Below are positions 15,968 to 23,335 of a stretch of DNA of 37,718 bases, in pieces. A program made the position numbers and the translations under genes. The stretch is taken from NCBI GenBank assembly GCA_043758815.1, contig JAYVMS010000009.1, forward strand, positions 1 through 37,718. Reading direction: 5' to 3'. The notes beneath the pieces were generated by a model. That model saw nothing but the letters and a program-made list of their open reading frames with translations. It was not told the DNA's origin and searched no databases. The first letter of the stretch is position 1. The number at the start of each line of letters is the position of its first letter. Source of the DNA: a bacterium. GTDB taxonomy: Bacteria; Patescibacteriota; Minisyncoccia; Phycocordibacterales; UBA6899.

Positions 15968-16459
15968 TTACTTCTTGCCTTTTACTTGCTTCTTTTTGCC
16001 GGTTGTTTCTTTTACTTCATTCTCTACCTTGCCTCCTGCAGCTTCGATCGCAGCCTTGGCACTTGCTGACATCAGGCAACCATTGAAGGTGATGCTCTTC
16101 GTAAGCTTTCCAGTTGCAAGGATCTTAACCTTCGGTACGCGGCCACCAAATCGAGCGATGAGCTTCTTTTCGAGCAGTATCTCAGGAGTGACTGTGGCAC
16201 CTGCTGCAAAGTTCTTCTCGATGAGAATGAGATTAACCGGTGCGGGCTTTATTTCGAATGACTTGTTGGTGTTCTTTCCGCGACCACGAAGTTTAGGGAT
16301 CTTTTTGATGATGTCACGCATTTCTGGACGCATCTTGTGTCCTGCACGAGCCTTCTGTCCCTTTGTTCCGCGACCTGCAGTCTTACCGCGCTTGCCTCCA
16401 CGAGCAACACGCTTTGAGTCACGATTCTTTGTTTTTCTTTTGAGTTGATTGAGTTGCAT
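15968..16459 (-). CDS. rplO: 50S ribosomal protein L15 (Lys-rich C-terminal extension)
   Basis: GGKRGKTAGRGTKGQKARAG motif, and its position between rpsE and secY. Confidence 0.95.
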   Translation of the reverse strand: MQLNQLKRKTKNRDSKRVARGGKRGKTAGRGTKGQKARAGHKMRPEMRDIIKKIPKLRGRGKNTNKSFEIKPAPVNLILIEKNFAAGATVTPEILLEKKLIARFGGRVPKVKILATGKLTKSITFNGCLMSASAKAAIEAAGGKVENEVKETTGKKKQVKGKK

Positions 16460-16473
16460 AAGCCGTTACAAAA

Positions 16474-17199
16474 TTATTTTGCTGTAGTAGTTTCTGCTTC
16501 CGCCTTGTCTACCTTTTCTTCTGTCTTTACTTGAGGGGTGCGGCGAGCATGGAGCATGCTGAGGGCCTTGATGGTTGCACGAGCAATGTTTAGCTTGTTC
16601 TTTGAGCCACTGCGGATCTTTGCAGATACGTCAGTGATACCAGCAAGCTCAAGTGCATTGCGCACGGCAGATCCTGCGACGAGACCACGGTGAGGTGCGG
16701 GCATGATCTCAACGATGCCGGATGAAGACTTTGCTTCTACTTGATGAGGGATAGAGTTGGTCTTGGTCAGCTTGATTGTGATCATGTGCTTCTTGGCATC
16801 CTTTGCCGCCTTATCCATTGCCATTGATATATCGCCAGCCTTTCCTGTTCCTACGCCGACCTTACCCTTACGGTCACCGATAATCATCGCGACACTGAAA
16901 GAGAAACGGCGTCCACCTGCAACAACGCGCGCAACGCGGCGTACCTCGATAGACTTCTGCTCATATTCGGGCTTTGCGCGCTCAGGGCGAGGGCGTCCGC
17001 CTCCGCGCTTGTCGCCTGGCTTACCGCTACCGCGACCTGATCCTCCACGTGCACCACCGCCACCGCGGTTGCCTGCTGCTCCGCGCTGAGGTGCTCCTCC
17101 TACTCCGAATGAGCGAGGACTTGAGACGGTTGTCTTTGCGGGGGCTGCTGCTTCGGCTGTAACTGGGGCTGCTTTAGGTTGTGTATTTTGTTCATCCAT
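16474..17199 (-). CDS. rpsE: 30S ribosomal protein S5 with a long Gly/Arg-rich N-terminal extension
   Basis: The core is VRRVARVVAGGRRFSFSVAMIIGDRKGKVGVGTGKA. The N-terminal ~80 aa contain GNRGGGGARGGSGRGSGKPGDKRGGGRPRPE. Confidence 0.95.
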   Translation of the reverse strand: MDEQNTQPKAAPVTAEAAAPAKTTVSSPRSFGVGGAPQRGAAGNRGGGGARGGSGRGSGKPGDKRGGGRPRPERAKPEYEQKSIEVRRVARVVAGGRRFSFSVAMIIGDRKGKVGVGTGKAGDISMAMDKAAKDAKKHMITIKLTKTNSIPHQVEAKSSSGIVEIMPAPHRGLVAGSAVRNALELAGITDVSAKIRSGSKNKLNIARATIKALSMLHARRTPQVKTEEKVDKAEAETTTAK

Positions 17200-17212
17200 A
17201 ATATTTCGTACT

Positions 17213-17563
17213 TTAGAAAGTGAGTCCTCCTTCGCGGGCAGCGTCTGCTAATGCCTTCACGCGTCCGGCGTAAAGAAAACCTCCGCGATCAAAAACGATC
17301 TTATCTATCTTAGCGACCTTAGCCTTTGATGCGATCTCGACTCCTACTGCCTTTGCGCGTTCAACTTTGGTTCCCTTAGCTGACTTCATATCACTTGCTT
17401 GAGCGAGGGTAATGCCTTTTGTATCATCGATAAGCTGTGCAATGATAAAACGGGCAGAGCGAAATATCGCAAGTCGGGGCACAGATGCGGTTCCTGATAC
17501 CTTTGCGCGGATACGGTTGTGTCGGCGCATGCGGTGGTAATTTTTTTGTTCTATCTTGTTCAT
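17213..17563 (-). CDS. rplR: 50S ribosomal protein L18
   Basis: [23 protein letters not shown]...[25 protein letters not shown]. Confidence 0.95.
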   Translation of the reverse strand: MNKIEQKNYHRMRRHNRIRAKVSGTASVPRLAIFRSARFIIAQLIDDTKGITLAQASDMKSAKGTKVERAKAVGVEIASKAKVAKIDKIVFDRGGFLYAGRVKALADAAREGGLTF

Positions 17564-17574
17564 ATAACTATAGA

Positions 17575-18120
17575 TTACGCGCTCTTCTTACCCTGCTTAC
17601 GGCGAATAACTTCATCGGAGTAGCGGATGCCTTTACCCTTATATGGTTCTGGTTCCTTGAGTGAGCGGACCTTTGCAGAAAATGCACCAACGAGCTCCTT
17701 GTCGATACCTGAGACATTGATGGCTCCCTTCTCGGTCGTCACCTTAAGTCCGGTAGGGACCGAGAGTACGATGGGGTGTGAGAATCCAAGTGCGAGGTGA
17801 AGATTGGTATCAGCCCCCGCAGGCTTTGCGTCTGCCTTAAAGCCGACTCCTTCAATAAGAAGGCGTTTGACAAATGCAGTATTGACGCCTGAGATCATGT
17901 TCTTGATGTGCGCCACCACGGTTCCATCAAGCGGCTTGAAGTCGCGATGAGGATTAGTGACTGCAACGCGGATCTCGCTTCCCTCCTTAACAATAGAGAC
18001 GACCCCAGGGAAAGAGCGTGAGAGCGTACCAAGAGGTCCTTTCACAGTAACGGCGCTGCCAGTAATAGTTACTTCGGTTTTCTCTGGTATGATGATTGGT
18101 TTTTTTGAAAGTCGTGACAT
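17575..18120 (-). CDS. rplF: 50S ribosomal protein L6
   Basis: [33 protein letters not shown]..., and its operon position. Confidence 0.95.
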   Translation of the reverse strand: MSRLSKKPIIIPEKTEVTITGSAVTVKGPLGTLSRSFPGVVSIVKEGSEIRVAVTNPHRDFKPLDGTVVAHIKNMISGVNTAFVKRLLIEGVGFKADAKPAGADTNLHLALGFSHPIVLSVPTGLKVTTEKGAINVSGIDKELVGAFSAKVRSLKEPEPYKGKGIRYSDEVIRRKQGKKSA

Positions 18121-18130
18121 AAATTTTGCA

Positions 18131-18538
18131 TTACCAGATCTTGCAGATTATCTCTCCTCCGACGTGCTCCTTGCGAGCCTCAACATCAGAAAGTATCCCT
18201 TTGGGGGTCGATAGGACCATAAGTCCGTGACCTTGATTGACGGGACGGATCTCCTTAGCACCAATATACATACGGCGAGATGGGCGTGAGATACGTTCTG
18301 TACCCCTCACACGTGGGATGCGAGGTGCGTCATAGCAGATACCTACTTCAAGCACACGCATTGAGGTCTTGCCCTTGCGGATCTTCTTTGTTACGTAGGT
18401 GACATAGCCCTCCTTTACAAGAAGATTGGCAATGCGCAACTTTACGTCAGAAAACGGCACAAGTGTGGTCTTCTTTCCTGCAGCACCAGCGTTTCTGATG
18501 CGCATAAGCATGTCTGCTATAGGGTCTGTGATTACCAT
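18131..18538 (-). CDS. rpsH: 30S ribosomal protein S8
   Basis: [14 protein letters not shown]-terminal motif. Its start overlaps the rpsN stop (ATGGTAA). Confidence 0.95.
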   Translation of the reverse strand: MVITDPIADMLMRIRNAGAAGKKTTLVPFSDVKLRIANLLVKEGYVTYVTKKIRKGKTSMRVLEVGICYDAPRIPRVRGTERISRPSRRMYIGAKEIRPVNQGHGLMVLSTPKGILSDVEARKEHVGGEIICKIW

Positions 18539-18714
18539 GATGATTTCGTAATACCGGGGATCTTACCCTCGTTTGCTAATTCTCGGAAACATATACGGCA
18601 GAGATCGAAATCACGGATATAGCCATGCTTTCGTCCGCATTTGAAGCAGCGATTTGTAGCCCGAGTTGAAAACTTGGGATTTAACTGCCTTGCAATAGTA
18701 GATTTTTTTGCCAT
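18532..18714 (-). CDS. rpsN: 30S ribosomal protein S14, zinc-binding type Z
   Basis: A 60-aa protein with [23 protein letters not shown] (CxxC...CxxC). Confidence 0.9.
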   Translation of the reverse strand: MAKKSTIARQLNPKFSTRATNRCFKCGRKHGYIRDFDLCRICFRELANEGKIPGITKSSW

Positions 18715-19029
18715 ATGATTATTATGTGCTTATTCACATAATCTCCACTTTTGGCGCTTTTTGCATTTCTCGACTGGTGCGGTTCGGAGAACGTATCCGA
18801 ATATGTCCTCTCGCACACGCACTCAGTCTGCGGCATGCAAACTGCATCAAAAACTGAAGATTAGAGCTAAAATAACTTAGCTCGGAACAAGTTCGTTCTC
18901 TCAATATCGCGTCTATTTTCTTCTACGTCCCAAAATATGGGGCCTAAAAGGAGAGAGACGGATTAAAGAGAACGATTGGGGTATCCTATCAGTTCGCGCT
19001 TTCACTGTCAAACAAGGGGTCAAGGTGGC

Positions 19030-19071
19030 AAAATAAATATAAGAAAACCACCATGCACGGATGCACGGTGG
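19030..19071 (-). terminator. Intrinsic terminator after the M50 protease gene
   Basis: The minus strand reads CCACCGTGCA tccg TGCATGGTGG (10-bp stem, one mismatch) followed by TTTTCTTATATTTATTTT. It starts 26 nt after the TAA. Confidence 0.55.
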
Positions 19072-19096
19072 AGAAAAATAAAGGAACGAAGAACTT

Positions 19097-20272
19097 TTAT
19101 ATGTGCAGTCTCCCAGAAAAATACACAAGCACGACAAGCAAGAGCATGAGCCGTGCCACGAGTAGGAAGTAATGCTTCGTCATTATTGCCTGATCGGCCT
19201 TGAGAACGGATTGATTACGCCAATCATTTTCGACCTCGTCCGAGTGCTTCCACCTTTCATAGTAAGTCCAGACCATGAAGCCTCCCAAGGTGGCATACAT
19301 AAGCTCGCCCAGAACTTCCCAGAATTCATTACTCCAGAGCGTCGCGCCATAATAGCCATGCACTAGTCCGAATACGAGAACGACGAGAAGCAATAGTGCG
19401 ATCAAGAACCGGAGCAAAGGCGTTACAGCGTACTTCCCGAAGGAAAGCCGGAACTCACCGATGACGAGAATCCAGACCACAACCATCGAAGGCTGCTTGG
19501 TGAGCGTGGTCACAAGAACGAGGATGACGAAACCAAGTACGCGCAGAGTGTGAGGCCAGTATCCGCTCATTGCCTGTGAGATCCTTCCCCCGTCCAAAGG
19601 AGAGATCGGGATCAAATTGAACAGGTTGAGTACGGTCGAGGCAACTGCCACAGTATAAATTATCTGACTCCACTCATGCGTGAACCCGAAGGAATATGTA
19701 GGAGCAAAGACAAACCACACCGCTGACACGAACAAGGAGCACCAGAATCCGGCAGCAGGACCACCGTATGCTATGTGCGCTTCGTCGATGCGATAGTCTA
19801 TCTCAGGCAATCGCATAATGGCACCGAGGAACGGAATGTTCCACCACCAACGCGGATCATAACCACATTTTTGGGTGCTCGTGTAATGACCTGCCTCGTG
19901 CCACGAAAGTACGAACATAAGTCCGAGTGCCACATACACGCCCATCGTCGGCGAGTAGGTTATCGCCGAAAGCAGTGCGGTAACGAAGGTCACGGTCGGA
20001 TGAATGAGCTTCGTCGACTTGATAAAGTCAGCGGCCTTAGGCATGCGATGTGTTGCAAAGAAGGCATAGAGCCAACGCTTGATTCCATCTTGGCGCTGCC
20101 TCTCCATTGTCCGGCGCAAATCGTTATTGCGCTGATCTGTGTCTCTACGGTCGACACTCGTGCGGACAACCCTGCGTTGCTCATCTCTGCGGCGTTCTTC
20201 CTGTCTACGCTCTGACTCACGTCTCCCGTTATCGCGGAGACGCTTGAAGATCTTCCCGAGGGGAATTTCCAT
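19097..20272 (-). CDS. M50-family (site-2 protease-like) intramembrane zinc metalloprotease with an Arg/Glu/Asp-rich N-terminal tail
   Basis: HEAGH lies in a hydrophobic segment (LSWHEAGHYTS), and NLFNLIPISPLDGGRI matches the NxxPxxxLDG motif. I chose the ATG at 20272 (SD AAGGAG 6 nt upstream). The track ORF starts 2 codons earlier, at 20278. Confidence 0.8.
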   Translation of the reverse strand: MEIPLGKIFKRLRDNGRRESERRQEERRRDEQRRVVRTSVDRRDTDQRNNDLRRTMERQRQDGIKRWLYAFFATHRMPKAADFIKSTKLIHPTVTFVTALLSAITYSPTMGVYVALGLMFVLSWHEAGHYTSTQKCGYDPRWWWNIPFLGAIMRLPEIDYRIDEAHIAYGGPAAGFWCSLFVSAVWFVFAPTYSFGFTHEWSQIIYTVAVASTVLNLFNLIPISPLDGGRISQAMSGYWPHTLRVLGFVILVLVTTLTKQPSMVVVWILVIGEFRLSFGKYAVTPLLRFLIALLLLVVLVFGLVHGYYGATLWSNEFWEVLGELMYATLGGFMVWTYYERWKHSDEVENDWRNQSVLKADQAIMTKHYFLLVARLMLLLVVLVYFSGRLHI

Positions 20273-20417
20273 ATGCATCTCCTTATAAAGCGTGGATGAA
20301 AAATGACAAATATTCTCTAGCTAGAATACATCAAAATTAGAAAAAGTCAATACTACTACGTGCATGGTTCATCTCTACAAAAAACACCCCTCAATTCGCG
20401 GTGTTTCTTTCTGGTCT

Positions 20418-20537
20418 TTAATGAAAAAATACGTAGACGAACGAAAGGTTGATGACGATAGCAGCGAGCAAAGCAAGGAGGCTCACCTTCTTGTGGTTTG
20501 CAAATGAAGAAGCGGAAGACTTGGACTCTTCTACCAT
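20418..20537 (-). CDS. Possible 39-aa single-TM micro-protein (below the track's length cut-off)
   Basis: GGAG followed by 6 nt and the ATG. The translation is MVEESKSSASSFANHKKVSLLALLAAIVINLSFVYVFFH*, a polar head plus one hydrophobic helix. It lies downstream of the MFS gene. Confidence 0.35.
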   Translation of the reverse strand: MVEESKSSASSFANHKKVSLLALLAAIVINLSFVYVFFH

Positions 20538-20608
20538 GATGAACTCCAGATTGAGGAAATACCTGTGCGCATACTACTGACCCCACTTAAACGAGTCAAG
20601 CGGATAGT

Positions 20609-21838
20609 TTACTTACTTCTCGCGTGGGAAGTTCTGTACAACAAAAACGCGCCGAGGAGCGTGAGCATAGGTGCGGCGACCATGAGCAAGAAACCTAAAC
20701 GTATGGTTTCGATATCTCCGTGCACATACATGGTGACGATGAGCAGCAAGGAACATCCCACCATCCTCCAAACCCAGAGCGATAGGTCGCGCAGTATCAT
20801 CGTCGGATAGAAATCGCTGTCGGCGTGCGCAAGAGTTTCCATAGTTTCCAAGTCGATGACGTGTGATGAGACCCGATAGAGAGGTTTTACGATGACGCTC
20901 CCGAGCGTAAAGATAACGAACACGATCAGGGTGAAGCTCACGGCTGGTAGTATGGCAAAAAATGAGAGCAGGAGTGTGGTGAGCGCCAAGAAAGAGAGTC
21001 GATTGCCTTCATTACGAAAGCGGGTAAGAAAAACAAGCATAAGAGCAGAGATGACAGCAAAGATCGAATTATAGATACCGACGTTTTTTGCATCCTTTAA
21101 AAGTAAAAGCGATGCGACGGGGATAAGCGACGCCTCGCATGCGAACGAAAGCGAGTCGCCCGCCATGTAGACCTGCAAAAATTGATTTCGCCTATCGGTG
21201 AAGAAATGCCGCACGTCACGCATGCGTATTGGATGTGGTCGATAGTCACTGATGTTTGCGATGAACGGAAGACCGAATAAATAAAATATCGGCGCCACGA
21301 GAAAGAGCAGCGTAAAGGTCTGATGAAATATAAATTCAGAAAGATAGAGGAGAAGCGTGCCAAGGAGTGGCGCAATAAGACCGACCACAAGTCCGCCAAA
21401 TGAAAGCATGGAGGAATAAAATTCGCGTTCGTTATTCTTGGTTTCGGTGAGTTCGAATGTGTATATCGTGAGCCAGTATATGCCGTTTCCCATTCCATTT
21501 ACGAACATGAAGAGCATTGCGTCACGGTACGACACATCGCCATACAAAAACAAGAAACCTGTCGCCATCAAGATGAACGAGCCGACATAGCCAAGCTTAA
21601 TATTGATACGCAGTCGGGCATACAGCCAGCCAACAACACAGAAGCCGATCATTAGCCCTGTAAAGTTCACGCCCATGGCGATAACGTTAGTGGCAATGCT
21701 GTGAAATTTTCCGTAAACAAAAAGCTGAACGAAAAATCCCGTAAAACTTGCTGCAAACACGTATATCCAGAAGAGATATATCATTGCCTTCACGGGCGGG
21801 CGCAATGCAATAAATTGCGCGACGGACTTACTCTCCAT
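20609..21838 (-). CDS. MFS-like polytopic transporter (about 12 TM)
   Basis: A 409-aa protein, uniformly hydrophobic, with a central cytoplasmic loop (DYRPHPIRMRDVRHFFTDRRNQ). It starts 2 nt after the glyQS stop. Confidence 0.65.
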   Translation of the reverse strand: MESKSVAQFIALRPPVKAMIYLFWIYVFAASFTGFFVQLFVYGKFHSIATNVIAMGVNFTGLMIGFCVVGWLYARLRINIKLGYVGSFILMATGFLFLYGDVSYRDAMLFMFVNGMGNGIYWLTIYTFELTETKNNEREFYSSMLSFGGLVVGLIAPLLGTLLLYLSEFIFHQTFTLLFLVAPIFYLFGLPFIANISDYRPHPIRMRDVRHFFTDRRNQFLQVYMAGDSLSFACEASLIPVASLLLLKDAKNVGIYNSIFAVISALMLVFLTRFRNEGNRLSFLALTTLLLSFFAILPAVSFTLIVFVIFTLGSVIVKPLYRVSSHVIDLETMETLAHADSDFYPTMILRDLSLWVWRMVGCSLLLIVTMYVHGDIETIRLGFLLMVAAPMLTLLGAFLLYRTSHARSK

Positions 21839-21840
21839 AG

Positions 21841-23271
21841 TTATGTTTTGCTTCCGATATGCGACGCAAGCTGCGAAAGCGGGACGCGTTTTTGTGTTCC
21901 GCTGTCGCGGTCGCGCAAGGTCACCGTATCAAGCAGTTCAGGATTCTCGCCGAGCGTGTCGAAGTCGATGGTCACACAATAAGGCGTTCCTATTTCATCT
22001 TGACGGCGATAACGTTTACCAATGTTGCCGTTGTCATCGAACATCACTTTGCTGCCAAATATCTTACGCAGATTCTCGTACACCTCACGCCCCTTCGCCA
22101 CAAGCTCTGGCTTATTCTTAAGTAGTGGAAATACTGCGACACGAATCGGTGCTATACCAGGAGCGAACTTAAGATAAACGCGCTTCTCGCCTCCCATCTC
22201 GTCCTCGGTATATGCATCGCTTAATATCGCAAGCATAGTGCGCCCAACTCCAAGTGAGGGCTCGATGACATGCGGAAGGAATCGCGCTTTGCTGTCTTCA
22301 TCAAAATACGTAAGGTCTGCCTTGCTTCCCTCTTGATGACTCTTGAGATCAAAATCTCCTCGATAAGCAAGACCGTAGAGTTCTTTTCTGCCAAACGGAT
22401 AATCGAATTCAAAATCGATGGTACGGCGGGAATAATGTGCGCGGTCTGTCTCAGCTACTTCAAGTTCGTGTACGTGTTCACGCGAGAGTCCGATTGCGTC
22501 GATAAAGCTCCACATGCGTAAACGAAATTCTTCGAAATACTTCTCCCACTCACTCGGGTCTACAAAGTACTCGACTTCCATCTGCTCGAGCTCACGCACG
22601 CGAAAAATAAAGTCACGGACGGCTATTTCGTTGCGAAACGCCTTGCCTATTTGTGCGAGCCCGAAGGGTAGCTTGGGATGAAACGAATCCATCACATTCT
22701 TGTAGTTGACAAACATTCCCCCTGCAGTCTCAGGGCGAAGATAGGTAGTACTTCCTGCATCTTCATTGGCTCCGACGCGGGTCTGAAACATCATGTTGAA
22801 TTGACGAACTTGGGCATTCCTTAAACTGTTGCCGCAATTGGAACACTTGATATCGAAGGACGAAAAGTCACGATTCAATACTTCGACTGTTCCGCTCGGT
22901 TCATCGTGAAGGATGGCTGGGTTCTCATTTAAAAATGTGTCCCGCAAATGATCTGCACGAAAACGTTTTTTGCATTTTGTGCATTCAACCAAAGGATCAG
23001 AAAACCCACCGACATGGCCCGATGCGACCCATGCTTGCGGGTTCATAAGAATAGCTGCATCAACGCCATACATGTCTTCACGCTCCTCGACGAATATCTT
23101 CCACCACATATTCTCAATATTCTTCTTGAGCATCACTCCTAGCGGGCCGTAGTCCCATGTCCCCGCTAAGCCCCCGTAGATCTCGGAACCTTGGTATATA
23201 AAACCACGCCGCTTCGTAAGAGAGATGATCGCCTCCATCTTTTCGTTTCGTTCTACTTTCTCTTTTGCCAT
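21841..23271 (-). CDS. glyQS: Glycyl-tRNA synthetase (class II, homodimeric type)
   Basis: RRGFIYQGSEIYGGLAGTWDYGPLGVMLKKNI and YLRPETAGGMFVNYKNV. The length is 476 aa. Confidence 0.95.
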   Translation of the reverse strand: MAKEKVERNEKMEAIISLTKRRGFIYQGSEIYGGLAGTWDYGPLGVMLKKNIENMWWKIFVEEREDMYGVDAAILMNPQAWVASGHVGGFSDPLVECTKCKKRFRADHLRDTFLNENPAILHDEPSGTVEVLNRDFSSFDIKCSNCGNSLRNAQVRQFNMMFQTRVGANEDAGSTTYLRPETAGGMFVNYKNVMDSFHPKLPFGLAQIGKAFRNEIAVRDFIFRVRELEQMEVEYFVDPSEWEKYFEEFRLRMWSFIDAIGLSREHVHELEVAETDRAHYSRRTIDFEFDYPFGRKELYGLAYRGDFDLKSHQEGSKADLTYFDEDSKARFLPHVIEPSLGVGRTMLAILSDAYTEDEMGGEKRVYLKFAPGIAPIRVAVFPLLKNKPELVAKGREVYENLRKIFGSKVMFDDNGNIGKRYRRQDEIGTPYCVTIDFDTLGENPELLDTVTLRDRDSGTQKRVPLSQLASHIGSKT

Positions 23272-23335
23272 AGATTATTATGCTACACAATTTATGTGCT
23301 TTGGAAAAGCGTCGGACTAAATTGATACGCTTATC

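Noticed and set aside
15915-17162. Plus-strand ORFs antisense to rplO and rpsE (15915..16448, 16757..17089, 16974..17162).
   Set aside because: They are mirror frames of highly conserved ribosomal protein genes. The Pro/Arg-rich translation of 16757..17089 is simply the complement of the GGN/CGN-rich RGG region of S5.
18913-19137. A 74-aa minus-strand ORF spanning the M50 terminator region.
   Set aside because: It overlaps the protease 3' end and its terminator hairpin. Its composition is implausible and it has no SD.
20356-20586. A 76-aa minus-strand ORF.
   Set aside because: It is Cys/Arg-rich and has no SD. A different frame in the same place gives a cleaner SD-preceded 39-aa TM peptide.
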